Positions 46,773 to 60,049 of a DNA stretch of 64,000 bases are shown here, piece after piece. This stretch comes from Octopus vulgaris (taxonomy: Eukaryota). Both the position numbers and the translations under genes were made by a program. Below the pieces are notes generated by a model that saw only the letters and a list, made by a program, of their open reading frames with translations, did no database searches and was not told the DNA's origin. Within the stretch, counting starts at the first letter, position 1, and every line of letters starts with the position of its first letter. The stretch spans positions 121,024,001-121,088,000 of the forward strand of contig OX597820.1 of the NCBI GenBank assembly GCA_951406725.2. The letters are read 5' to 3'.

Positions 46773-47099
46773 TCTCTCTATATATAAACGGCAAAATGTC
46801 TGTCTGTGTGTCCTTTATACAAATCCACAATTTTTCAGGTAGAGAGCTCGCACTTTCTATGGCCATTGAAAACCTTCTAAGGGTGGTCGTGCACATCTTT
46901 ACATTTCCCCAGTCACCCCGCAAGCCCATTAAAAATCAATAGAAGTGACTTTTTGTGAATTTTCTATCCCAAGCCCAATCAAAATGCCCGAAACTTGATA
47001 CGCCAATTGAATGCCAGCTAGCTGTATGTGATAGGTCGGAGATTTGGACAGTACTCGCGTGTATGTGCGCACGCAGGCAGCTGTATATGCATGCACTAG
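46773..47099 (+). mobile_element. mini-Helitron copy lacking the 3' hairpin
   Basis: A|TCTCTCTATATATAAACGGCA start; collinear with 28329-28690; ends gcatgcaCTAG|T. Confidence 0.88.
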
Positions 47100-48071
47100 T
47101 ATATCTTAATATGTTTGTAGTACCAGGCAAGATTTCCCGGGATGCGCACACAACAGCCAAATCAATTATCAAGCTTTTGTGCAATGAATGAGTATTGATG
47201 ATCTGTGAAGTAACGTCGAACATTTGTAGTTTATTGTTCAAGGGATTTGAGTGTAGGTGGAGACCATCTTGAAGATCCTTCCAACACCCTCTTTTCAACG
47301 CGTACTGTATAGGGGTCTGGATGCTATGCCAAACGAGGTTGTTTGGTGGTCGAGGTCAAAAGGGTTCAGGGCATACAACTTTTTCGTTGGTCAAATATAG
47401 CCCCTGGGCTTGGTTCTCTAATGTCTAAAAGGATTGTGAGATGCTGGACGGATCGTTAAATTGCTTGGAGTGTGGTTTGGTCTTAATCCCCTGGTAGAGA
47501 AATACTGGGATAAGATGATGACCACGGTGGCCAGTATAATACAGAAATAAACGAAGGGAAAGCTGTCTTTGAAAGAATTGACGTACATCAACGTCATATT
47601 CGTCTCCGATTACCGTTTGAGAGGCGGACCGTGCAGAAGTTCCCTTGGTCATAAGGAAGAATATGCAGATATTATAAGTTCAATATTACATGGCCATGTT
47701 TGTTAAAATACCCGATCACCGGGGTAAAATTATTACCCATAGTAAAACCATGATTAATAAATGCGAGAGCAGAAAAGAAAGAAAGCTATAGTAGCGCAAG
47801 ATGTGTGATCGTAAGCTGTAGACAAAAGAAGTGAGAGAGCTGTTACTGTTTGCAACAGCTAGATAGAGGACAACTACATGGTTACAGACACTTGATCGCT
47901 CAAGGGCTTTTCATAACCTTGGTAAGACGGTGACGAAAATAAGGGTCTCCAGTGTGGTATCCCGGAGGAACCAAGCCAGAGTGGTTGTAATGTATATATA
48001 TATACATATATGTATATATATATACATATACACATATATAGATATATATAGACACGTTATATGGGTATATA

Positions 48072-48752
48072 TCCTTAAATCCTTAAAAGTGTTTCAGCCC
48101 GAAAGCTGCGGCCATGCTACGGCACCACCGTTGAATGTGCTACACTAATATGTGAAACCAACTCTCATACGTGGCACTCAGTCAACAAGGGAGTTCGACG
48201 CCGCTGCCCGCATCTGTGTTTCCTGCTGAATTGTAGGTTCATCTGGAAGCCCTGACAAGAAGAGATCGAGTTTAGTTTTAAAGAAAACCACATCCACACC
48301 ATGCAGGTCTCTCAGGCATTTAGAAAGGATATTGAAGAGATGTGGTCCCCTGGAACCCAAGCTGTTGCAGTATTCGGTCTTGTATTTTGATGATGTTTGG
48401 ATCTTTGGCACCATGCAGTCGCGCCACGTATTGCTGTTGAGGTAACTTTCAATGCCAAAATTCGGGATAAGATCCTCCAGGAATTTCCAGATGTATATCA
48501 CTGCATATCTCTCCCACCTTCCAGTCTTTCTCAGTAGCTGATATGTTGCATTGAGACGATCTTCTTAGTGTAGCATCATTGGATTGCTCCGAGTTCTGCT
48601 GTTAACATAATATTGTGTGGTGACCATATTTGGGAGCAGTAGACCAAGTAGCTGAGGACGAATGTCTTCCAAAGGACCATCAGTGTCTCCTTCGCACTTG
48701 TTCTGAAAGTTCGGAGGATCCATCCAGCTAGCCGTCTGCATTTTATTACCAT
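48072..48752 (-). mobile_element. CR1-group LINE 3' fragment with 3' UTR
   Basis: [70 protein letters not shown]; tail stem-loop and (atttaagg)n. Confidence 0.88.
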
Positions 48753-48754
48753 GC

Positions 48755-48771
48755 ACATACATATATATGTG

Positions 48772-48807
<36 letters not shown>

Positions 48808-49094
48808 CATCTATATGTATACGTAGACATATATATATATTTCCATATATACACATATATATGTATGTATAAACATATATATATATACATATATATATAT
48901 GTATGTATGTATATACATATGTGTGTATATATATATATTTATATATACATGTATATATATACATATATTTATATATACATGTATATATATGCATATATTT
49001 ATATATACATGTATATATATACATATTTATATATACATGTATATATATATATACATATTTATATATACATGTATATATATATACATATTTATAT

Positions 49095-49136
<42 letters not shown>

Positions 49137-49276
49137 ATATACACTTGTATATACACACATGTATATACATGTATATATACACATATATATACATATTTAT
49201 ATACATACATATATTTATATATATATATATACATATATACATGTATATATAAATATATACATATATATATAAATAT

Positions 49277-49332
<56 letters not shown>

Positions 49333-49360
49333 TTACATTTATATATATATATATATATTT
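48755..49360. repeat. (TA)n-derived minisatellite (~26-30-bp unit atatttatatatacatgtatatatatac)
   Basis: Direct reading. Confidence 0.9.
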
Positions 49361-52058
49361 ACATAAAAGACAAAAAAGAATGAAAAACTACAAAAGGCTT
49401 GTTGTATGGTTAAAGAATATATTTAAATCGTTATTTTAGAAATTTTTTTTTAATACTTTGCGTGTAGCAACTTAGTTTTTGTAGAAATGTATTTTCTCTT
49501 CAAAATTCTCAAATTTCTTTATCTATATAGTGTCATGTTTTTGCTATGCTGTGAAATATGGAGTTCCTGGCAGGGGAAGGTAATCAGGGATTTTTCCGTA
49601 ATTAGGGAAATAATCAAAAATGTTGGTAATGACTAGGTTTTATTAATGTAACATGATTTTATTTAGAAGGAATAGAATGTTACAATTTGTTAAGTTTTGC
49701 TTTACAATTTTTTTCAATGTGAGTTTCCTTAATTAAAAATGTTAGAAACGGTTAGGTTTTGGCTTATATTTTTCAATGAAGAAGGTTTCCTTATTTAATT
49801 TAACTTGTGTGTTGGTGTTCCAATGGCACATTGATAGATTGGAAAGATTACAAATTGTGATAGCATTTGCTTTGCGGATTTCTCAATATGTTCACTAAAG
49901 GGTATCATTCTGTATTCTGGGAATGCAGTCTGCTGTTGATGCAGAGTGCATCTGTGTCTGAGCGATAATCCCTTGGAACCTATGTAATTTTGGTCGCAGC
50001 CCTAGCATCTTATAACATAAATCAGATTTTCTGAAGCACAAGTAAAGTCAGATTTCATTTTGAATTTTTGTCCTTCTTTGAAAACGTATTCTAATCCTTC
50101 TAGAATGTTTGGGCATGTTGCAGAATTTGGTCTACCATATTTTTTCCCTTTTGCATCCGTTATTTTAGAAAATAATTTCGCCTTTGTGAGAATCGTTTCT
50201 AGTGATTTCGGTTGTTTTTAGCTTTTATTGATTTTTATGTATGTGTAAAATTTCCTTTAATTTGGAGTCCTTATGTAGCATTGGTAAATTCTATGTGATG
50301 ATGGTGAAGGTCTCTTTGTTTCTGGGGTTGTATGTGGGTATGTACGGCAGTATTTTCGAGGAAGGTGTATTGCTGTGTTGAACTTTTCTTAAGATTTCTA
50401 TGTCGATTTCTGTTGTACGGCTAATTCCATCCTCCATGAGTTGAACTGGGTAGTGTCTGTCAATTAGGGTGTTCTGAGTTCTTGCGGTCTGAAGTCTCTG
50501 GTATTTTTTTCTGACACTATTGTGCATATCCTTCTTGCAAGGTTGAAGATGTTTGTTTTGGTGTGTAATGGGTGGCATGAATTAAATAGTAGATATTGTT
50601 TGGCGTCTGTGGTTTTGTAAAATATGTCCGTTTCTATTTTTAGGTTTATCTAAGAATGGAAGCTCCTTTTGGTTGTACTCCATTGTGAACTGTATGTTTG
50701 GGTTGACGCTGTTCAATAGTCTTTTGAATTTCAGGAGTTTATCTGTGTTTTCATTCCAGAGTATGAAACAGTCGTCTAGGAATTTTTTCCAATTTTCTTT
50801 TATATATTGGGTTAGGGGGTTTCCAAATGTTGATATATATTCCTGGTATATTATTACTTCCAGGTAGACCAATGTTAGGTTCGCAATGACTGGTGCTGCC
50901 CTAGTACACATACCAATTCCGGATTTTTGTCGGTAAAATGTATTGTCAAACATGAAGTGATTATTTCGTAGGATGAATTCAACCGATTTAGTTATGAATT
51001 CTTTAGTGATCCTTTTTTGTATTTCTTCCGGAAATTGGTCCAGCCAGAACTGAATTGCCTCTAGCCCATAATTATGAGATATACTAGTATATAAATTAAC
51101 TACATCAAATGAAACCATGATTGTTTCTTCCTTGATTTTATGGAAGGTGTTTTAACATATCCAAGTCATCTCTGATATGGCTATCGATGTGTTTAAGGAA
51201 GAGTTTCAGGAGGATGTCCATAAATGGACTTAGTCTGTGTATTTCACAGGCCGGGCCAGCTACTATGGGTCGTAGTGTTAGGTCCCCCAGTGTTTGGTGT
51301 ATGTACGTCTTTGATGATTTTTTCATTGCTTCATGTATAATCTGGCTTTTGTGTATTTTTGATAGACCATAGAAAAGGCTAGGCTTGTATTTAAAATTTG
51401 TTAGAAAGTCAGTCTCTTTGTTTGTCAGTTCCTTTCCATGGGTTTTAATTAGTGAGGACAGAGTTTTCATTATTTTTTGCGGGGTGTAGTTGGTGATTTT
51501 TTTTCATAATGTTTACTGTCATCAAGCATGGAGATTACTAGATTTCTATAGTATGTGTCGTGTCCATTATTACAACTGCACTTTTTTATCTGCTTCTTAA
51601 TCGTTATTTCTTCATCATTATTAAGTCCTGTTAGTTCCTTCCATTGTGCAGTGCTAAACTTTGAGTTAACTGTCTGTTTATACATGCTGTGGTAGGGAAA
51701 GTCCTCAATGTGGTTGCAGAATTCATCGAGATTTTTATTTCTTCCTTTGTTGGGGATGTGTTCACTTTTGTTTTTGACTAGTCATCTTCAGTATTGTATT
51801 TGGTTAATGCTGCTGCGAGTCTTACTTTTCTACAGAATTCTATTATACTGTCCTTCGCTTCACACCTATATATATATATATATATTCTGTTGTGTCTGGG
51901 GAGAGTCATTTTCTTTTTGGGCCTTATAATGTAACACATTCACAGGTAAAATTTCCACTTATTTCTTATTTTTACTTTCTTAAAAAATTTTCGTTGCGTC
52001 TTGCAAACTTTTCAATGGTCTTTTCAATAAACAGTCTTGCAAACCAAATCCAAAAGCG

Positions 52059-52060
<2 letters not shown>
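49361..52060 (-). mobile_element. decayed Penelope-like element (RT + GIY-YIG endonuclease)
   Basis: FYGLSKIHK, LRPIVAG, VSFDVVNLYTSI, FYRQKSGIGM, KFLDDCF, PNIQFTMEY..LPFLD, IPTYNP, Cys linker and FTCASENLIYVIRC*GCDQNYIG; frameshifted; (TA)n on both sides. Confidence 0.93.
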
Positions 52061-52145
<85 letters not shown>

Positions 52146-52944
52146 CATGTGACTAGCATGTTCCCAAAACTGTCACCGTGGTCTTACTATTCTATGCGAT
52201 AAGACGTAGTCGGTAAGAACTATATAAAATTCCATTCGGCCAAAAAGTCTGTCCTTGAAAAAATACACAGAATCCTCCGTTATTGAATGCAGACAAAGGC
52301 ATCAATACAAGGAATGCTGTAGAAATATTCCCATCAAAAGATCTGTCATGTGTAAACATAACAGACAATATATACGTGCGTATACATATGTGTGTATATA
52401 TATAATTCAGATATATTCTGGTGACATAAAAGGTGAAGGACGAAAATGTTGATGATAAAGCTGTCTTTAGCAAAGTCGTCTCCCTTAGCTCCTCACTGCT
52501 ACAAAGACAATAAATCAGCGATAGGTGTTTTATAAATTTGTGTCCAACAAAGCTATTGTCTGCAAGAAAAGAGAAAAAAAGAGATGTAAAAATTTAATAA
52601 ATAAATTACACACGTAATAAATGATGCGTTTTCTTATGATTTTTTTCGATCAGACATGTTCAAATGAATGAAATGACTTTCACTATCACCTCACCCTCAT
52701 CTTCAACGCTGCATCACTTCACCATATTGTTTGTATTGCATTGATGCAGAAACTATTTCGAAACACTTTCTGTGAAGTTGTCACGAAGAATATAAGCGTA
52801 TAAATGCATGAAAGTATTAATAATCTCTTTTATTCTACGCAGATTTGGTGTAGATGTCTGGCTCCGAACTATTTTTACATTCGTCTATTTCTTCATTCAT
52901 AGAAGCATTATATTCATTGATGTCAATGTGTAAGTTTGTGTATG

Positions 52945-53007
<63 letters not shown>

Positions 53008-53936
53008 CTCCGTGAATGCGTGTGTGTTTAACTATTTAGCAGTACGTTTGCTTCTTTACCTCGATGTACATCAATGTCTGCTACTTTGCTTTATAATTTG
53101 TTTATACACGTGTAAGTATATGTATAGGTTAGGCATATATCTATGTGTGTGTGTGTGTTTGTGTATACATATATATATGTAGATATGTATAGATATATAC
53201 AGTGGCTAACGAGGTCATTTTGCCAGGTCTGTCGTACTTCAGTGATCGTACAGGCGTCCAGCATGCTCTCTTCTCAAAATAAGTGACCAACCTGGTTTCA
53301 CTTTTAACCACAAGTATTGATTTACCGATATCAAAATGAAAATATTCTTAACTTTCTACATGTAAGCCAAAAACTACACCTAAAATGCCACATATATCAG
53401 GAGTATCTACCTGATACAATGAAAATACGACCATTCAGTTTCATGTAACACTGTTGATGTAATATCTACATTTTCGATGTTTAGAATGTATATGTAGGGG
53501 CCGATCTCTAACCATGAACAACGCTTAATGACACAACTGAAAGTATCTACAAATGCTAGGTTTTACTACTTCTGAAACAGATATGTAACAGCAACACTAC
53601 ACGTACATTTTATTTACATATATACATACAGGCATGCATAAACATATACATACATACATAAATATATACAATTCCATTCGGCAATATTATTGCAAGGATA
53701 TATTTACCTCATAAAGGGATGTAAGCATATACACGCGTAACGGTTTTTTTAAATTATTAACATAATCATGCGGACATAAGTAAATGAGTGCTAACCCTGA
53801 TGAAATATTCAATTAACTTTATTCAGTTGCGTCTTAATAAATTTCTCCATTTCTTTTCTTATAAATACATGCTTACATACGTACATATACATACACACAT
53901 CTATATGCATGTGCATATGTACATATATAGATATAT

Positions 53937-54046
53937 ATAGGTGCAGGAGTGGCTGTGTGGTAAGTAGCTTGCTTACCAACCACATGGTTCCGAGTTCATT
54001 CACACTGCGTTGCACCTTGGGCAAGTGTCTTCTACTATAGCCCCGC
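53937..54046 (+). mobile_element. 3'-truncated CORE-type SINE
   Basis: ataggtgcaggagtggctgtgtggtaag..accttgggcaagtgtcttc. Confidence 0.88.
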
Positions 54047-54834
54047 GTGCTTGCATATGCACTCAAACTACACATACTCACACCCACATGCACACATATC
54101 ATGATATCTATGCATTTGTTATATTATTGGTGCGTTAATATAGGGAGTGAAGATGGGAGGAATGTGAGAGGAAGAGTGTTCGTTGAATTATTACTATTTT
54201 TCTGTGCGGTATCGGGAAGATGTATATTTCGAGCGGTTGCAACATCTTCCGATTTACGCACTCTGCTTGTTTCCTAACTTTGCTCAACAGGATACACTAG
54301 GCTTCTTCAAGACACATTTTACATTCCCAGGATAGTATATTATACGAGTGTTCGCTTTTTATAAGTGACCATTCTATTTCATATTGTATTTTTCTTTAAA
54401 TCTCCATACCAGGTCCGCTTGTGATGTTGCGTGTCACCGGTTTATCTTTCGAAATGAGGAGATATGGTTGCGTTAGCAGACCTTGAAGTAGTTTTTGGAG
54501 GCAACTATGTATGAATATTTATGTTGTCGTGTGGTGGTTTGCATTTGTATTTGTTATTTTTTTGCATGCATTGATCCATGAGCGGGCATGCAGAATGATT
54601 GCGACAGCTGCAATAAGTTGCACTCGCATTATTTTTGTTTTGTTATTGTGATTTTCCAGTTGATTTACAGTGTTTGGAGAGTTCTTGGTATTAAAGTCTG
54701 TTTTGTTGTTTCGTTTTACAGTTATTGTTTGGCTCTTGTTACTCCTGTTGGGGGTCACTACACTGGTTGGTAGACTCAGATTTCTTTTATTCTCCAACAC
54801 TATCTATTTTCTTCTCTAAATGCTTATAAATCTC

Positions 54835-55259
54835 GGATCTTTTCGGTTTGAACGGCAGTTTTTAACATAATTTCTAGGTAACTAAAAAATTTTAAACTTC
54901 GTATACTGGTAGAATGTGTTTATAAAACATCTTTTCTCTTGGCTTTATTGAAAAAAAAATTCTATAGTTTTTAAGATATTTGTTTTTTTTCTTCAATTTC
55001 TGCAATTTCAACCAATCAGTGACGTCTATTGAGTTAAAAAGCATTCTGTGCCGTATGAATATGTCCCTCGTTTAAGAAACAGATTGGGTTTATTTACATT
55101 TGTGCAGAAAAAAAGATACCCTTCCCTCACCCCTAACCCTAACTAACCCTAGCCCTAAAAGAGATTGAAATGCAATAGATCAATTCTCGGGTCATAATTA
55201 TGGGTGACAATTTCATATGACACCACTAGAAAAAACTGCTGTTCAAACTGAAAAGATCC
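54835..55259 (-). mobile_element. MITE copy 3
   Basis: TIRs; 8-bp TSD taaatctc. Confidence 0.95.
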
Positions 55260-55583
55260 TAAATCTCCTCACCATGTGTATGACTTAGGATATTCGCTAT
55301 CTATAGCAGAATGTAATAAATTGTTCATTGCAGTTTCGCATCCTATTGCACATGGAACATCCAATATTGTGTTCCAGTTAACTGCAATAGTGAAATCTAG
55401 GAACCAAACATTTATATTGGAGTGAAACTTAATTATCCTCTACAAATACCCTATGTATCATAACTAGTACAGGGGTCAACTAATATTACACTGGAAGTAG
55501 ACTAGATAACTGTTATCAACAAAAAGGTCTCACTTATATAGCAGTAGTCATGCATCTAACTCTACACACACTGTACATATATA

Positions 55584-55619
<36 letters not shown>

Positions 55620-55626
<7 letters not shown>

Positions 55627-55716
55627 TAAATTAAATTAAATTAGAGATAAAACCACTACTAGGCAACTCTGACAGACATAAACCAAAACATAAAAAACAA
55701 AAAATAAATATAGTTA

Positions 55717-55760
<44 letters not shown>

Positions 55761-56001
55761 TTTAAATTATTAAAATTTAAAATTTTTAGATTTAATTTTT
55801 CAATTTTTATATTTTAAAATTTTTTAATTTTCACATTTTTAAAATTTTGAATGTTTCTTTTATATATCTAACCAAAAAGTATACAAAAGTTAAATATGAT
55901 CTAATAAGTAAAAACACTACGTACGTTTCATGGCTATAATTCAGTTCTAATTACAATTAAGTTTAAATTCAATTGAAAATTCGAATTAAAATTATAGTCA
56001 A
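55620..56001 (-). mobile_element. AT-rich Penelope-type terminal fragment with partial hammerhead
   Basis: Shares attagagataaaaccactat/ctaggcaa and aacactacg..cgtttcatggct with 62410-62556; abuts (TA)n. Confidence 0.65.
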
Positions 56002-56854
56002 ATTTATATATATTATGGAGGCTCCAGATGAACGAAACTCGGAAACGAGTAGTTCCGACAATATAAACGCGCACACGCACACACACACATACACTGTATA
56101 TCTGTGCGTGTCTGTGTCCGTGTAAGTAAGTACCTAAGAGTGGGTACGTACCTGGTATTTATCCGGTGAAGAACATACACTGCTTATTGCTCCGTGATGT
56201 CATCCACGGCATGTACACAATTGTCGCTCGATCTACAGCAGGGATTCTTCAGTGTTCGTCGAGTGCATGACAAATCAGAGACGTTAAATTTAATACACGA
56301 GAAACTTTATTGCTCATAATAATCGTTTCGACCCACCTTGCATTGATCCCACTCAGGTGGCATATTGTACAACTTGCTCTGGTGCATCCCTCGGTGCAGA
56401 AGTGTCTCAAGGGATATCTCGCTAATGAAGCCCTGCTTCGCTCGGTTTTAATACAGCATGTTATTAGTGACCGTAGGTTTTTACTCTTGGGCAGGAATGC
56501 ATTTCAAAGTTTGTCCCTAAAAGGAAAAATATCAACCTAATAATGGAAAATATATAACCGAGAAAATGTATTCTCAAGCTGCCAAATGTTCCTCAAACAT
56601 TCGGAATATTCTTAGGTGGAACGTCTTTCTTCAATGAATAGAGCAAACCAATAATTAAAGCTAAGTTCCTTTTGAAGTTGTATAGCAATATTATTTATTG
56701 CATGATGTGTTTAAACATCGTCATACGAAGATTAATAAATACTCGTGTGACGAGAAATTTATGTTTACAGTTTGGCATATTTCAATTTTAGTTTAACAGC
56801 GAGTCACTATATTAAATATTCCCTTCTTTAGTGATAAGTTTTTAATATAATTGA

Positions 56855-57432
56855 AGGTGGCGAGCTGGCAGAAACGTTAGCACGCCGGGCGAAATGCGTA
56901 GCCGTATTTCGTCTGCCGTTACGTTCTGAGTTCAAATTCCGCCGAGGTCGATTTTGCCTTTCATCCTTCCGGGGTCGATAAATTAAGTACCAGTTAAGCA
57001 CTGGGGTCGATATAATCGACTTAATCCGTTTGTCTGTCCTTGTTTGTCCCCTCTATGTGTAGCCCCTTGCGGGTAGTAAAGAAATAGGTATTTCGTCTGC
57101 CGCTACATTCTGAGTTCAAATTCCGCCGAGGTCGACTTTGCCTTTCCTTTCGGGGTCGATTAAATAAGTACCAGTTACGCACTGGGGTTCATATAATCGA
57201 CTTAATCCTTTTGTCTGTCCTTGTTTGTCCTCTCTGTGTTTAGCCCCTTGTGGGTATTAAAGAAATGGGTATTTAGTCCGTCATTACGTTCAAATTTCAA
57301 ATTCCTTCGAGCTCAAATTTGCCTTTCGTCTTTAAGGGTCGATAAAATAAGATCTATTTAAGCACGGGGGTCGTTGTGATCGACTTATCCCCTCTCCCGA
57401 AATTGCAGGCCTTGTGCCAACATTTGAAATCA
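56855..57432 (+). mobile_element. tRNA SINE with triplicated body
   Basis: Head ggtggcgagctggcagaaacgttagc; three ~185-bp units starting gtatttcgtctgccg. Confidence 0.9.
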
Positions 57433-57534
57433 GTATGAAGCACATGATTATAACAGAGATTAAGATAATGCTTTCCATTTCCTTCCATATTTAATGTAAA
57501 ACTCGAACCTGTTTTGTTGGAATACCTCAAGTCC

Positions 57535-58165
57535 CTGAGCTGGCAGAATCGTTAATACACCGGACACAATTCTAAGCGATAGTTCTAACAGCATTACATT
57601 CAGAAATCAAAACTACCGAGGCCGACATTAGCTTTTACTGATTCGGGTCGATAAAGCAAAGTACAATAGAAATTTAGGATCTTTTCGGTTTGAACGGCAG
57701 TTTTTTCTAGCTGTGTCATATGAAATTGTTACCCATAATTACGACCCTAGTATCGATCTATTGCATTTCAATCTATTTTAGGGTTAGGGTTAGTTATGGT
57801 TAGGGGTGGGTGAAGGGTATCTTTTTTTTCTTCAGAAATGTAAATAAACCCAATCTGTTTCTTAAACGTGGGACATATTCATATGGTACAGAATGTTTTT
57901 TACCTCAATACATGCCATTGATTGGTTGAAATTGCAGAAGTTGTAGAAAAAAACAACAAATATCTTACAAACTATAGAATTTTCTCAATAAAGCCAAAAG
58001 AAAAAGATGTTTTATAAACACATTCTACCAGTATACGAAGTTTAAAATTTTTTAGTTACCTAGAAATTATGTTAAAATCTGCCGTTCAAACCGAAAAGAT
58101 CCCAAATTTATCATCGACTTATTCGATCCCCGTAAAATTTCTGGCCTTGTGCCAACATTTAAAGC
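57535..58165 (+). mobile_element. old SINE interrupted by MITE copy 4
   Basis: gagctggcagaatcgttaa..gggtcgataaa before, and atcgactt..ggccttgtgccaacattt after, the MITE. Confidence 0.75.
57677..58102 (+). mobile_element. MITE copy 4
   Basis: TIRs; TSD gaaattta/caaattta (7 of 8). Confidence 0.94.
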
Positions 58166-59451
58166 ATTATGTCTGAATACGTCTATTGCCGCTTCCCTTT
58201 CGTTTATATATTATGGTTGTGGGACTATATGAGAAGCGTTACAAACTGAAAAATACCAAAGACCATTATCACAATAATTAGAAACCTAATTTCAAGCACA
58301 TTCATTACTCTTCATGTGTGTACAAAGAATCACAAGAGTAGCAGACTTCAATGAATGCATGTGGATTATTATGAATAAGATGCAGATGAATACATGCTCA
58401 AATTGATGCTTTGTATGGTTTTATTTATGGTTCACAGACGGTTCCTCTTGTAAATAAGCACGGCTGTGTATTCTAGCTCTGCTTCAAATGAAAATGAGAA
58501 TCTATGCAGTAGAAGAACATCAGATCAGAAGCCAGGAACGAATAATGATTTTGAAAGCACTTATGTGTTAAAGAAAAATATTTAAAAGTACATTGAAAGC
58601 AATAAAAACAAAACAAAACAAAAAAAAATACTGGTACAATACACAATTTGAATAGACAATAAACCTCCTCCCAAAATATGTTTGCGAAAAATATTTAAAT
58701 ATTTTTCTCCTTTGCGTATTTGTATTTTTCCAAATCAAATACACACATACACGCGCTGATACTAGAATAAATAGACTTAAACACAGAGAAAGGAACAGAG
58801 AGTGAGAAAGAGAGAGGAAGTGAGAGAGAGCGAGAGAGTATACGTTTGTGTTTTAATAACTGTGTACCTATATGTGTTGATGAATCTTTAAACTAGAAGC
58901 ACTTTCTAAAGGACCATCGCGGCTATTTCACTTCACATACACACACATACACACAAGCAAAAAAAAAAAAAAAATTCAATCACAGAAATTTCCAAATCTC
59001 CACCATACAACGCATTTCCTCTTCCTTTTTATTCTCATGAATTCGTTTCTGTTTTTCCTTTTTTTTTATATTATTCTTTATTCCTTTTTTTCTCCTTACC
59101 TTATTTAACATTCAGCGGCAGAGTTCAATCTCTATGCATACAAATACTTTCCTTACTTGAAATATTCAATATTTCTTTGCTTTTTTTCGTTCTTTATTAC
59201 ATTTTTGGTGTGTTTGCATTTTCAATTTTGTGTACAATACTTTAATATTTTTCCTCATTTTCCCTTTTTTTTTTTATTCCATTATGTTGTCGTTTTACCA
59301 GTGGTTAGTTACGATTATAGCTGAAAACTTGCCTTTTCGTTTTATTATTATTTTTAGCTATTCAATATTTATGCTATCCAATTTAATGATGTTTCTAAGA
59401 TATACATATATGTATCTATGCACACACACACACATAGTGATAGATAATTAT

Positions 59452-59519
<68 letters not shown>

Positions 59520-59659
59520 GTATATATATATATGTATATACATACACACATACAATTGAATACATAGATATTATATATATGTAGTCAAAAAATTTGTGTA
59601 TACGCATATATATAATAAATTATCATCAACATTATTGCTATTATTGTTGTTGCCATTGC

Positions 59660-59693
<34 letters not shown>

Positions 59694-59703
59694 GTTATTG
59701 TTA

Positions 59704-59735
<32 letters not shown>

Positions 59736-60049
59736 TACATATCGTTAGGTCGTATATTTTTTATTCATTACGAGATAGAGCATTGAAATTTTGCATAAAT
59801 ACGTGTATACATATTTATGCATATATACATACATTCATATATACGCACTCACACACATACCTGAATAAAGGAATATGTATTTACTCGCAGATGCACGCAA
59901 AAACCTATATGCACACACAAGCATCTTTGTATGTGTACATAAGTATATGTATTTTTATCTATCTATCTATCCGTATACATACATATGCATGCGTATACAT
60001 ATATATATATGCATAATTTTAATATTCATATACACATATGTCTGTGTAT

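Noticed and set aside
47100-47990. Possible Gypsy pol or LTR remnant (SSRWSPP-like phrase on the minus strand)
   Set aside because: Too degenerate; no clear RT motif, PBS or LTR pair by eye.
49560-49600. Hammerhead expected in the PLE 3' region (minus ccctgattaccttcc)
   Set aside because: No intact CUGANGA/GAAA pair could be found.
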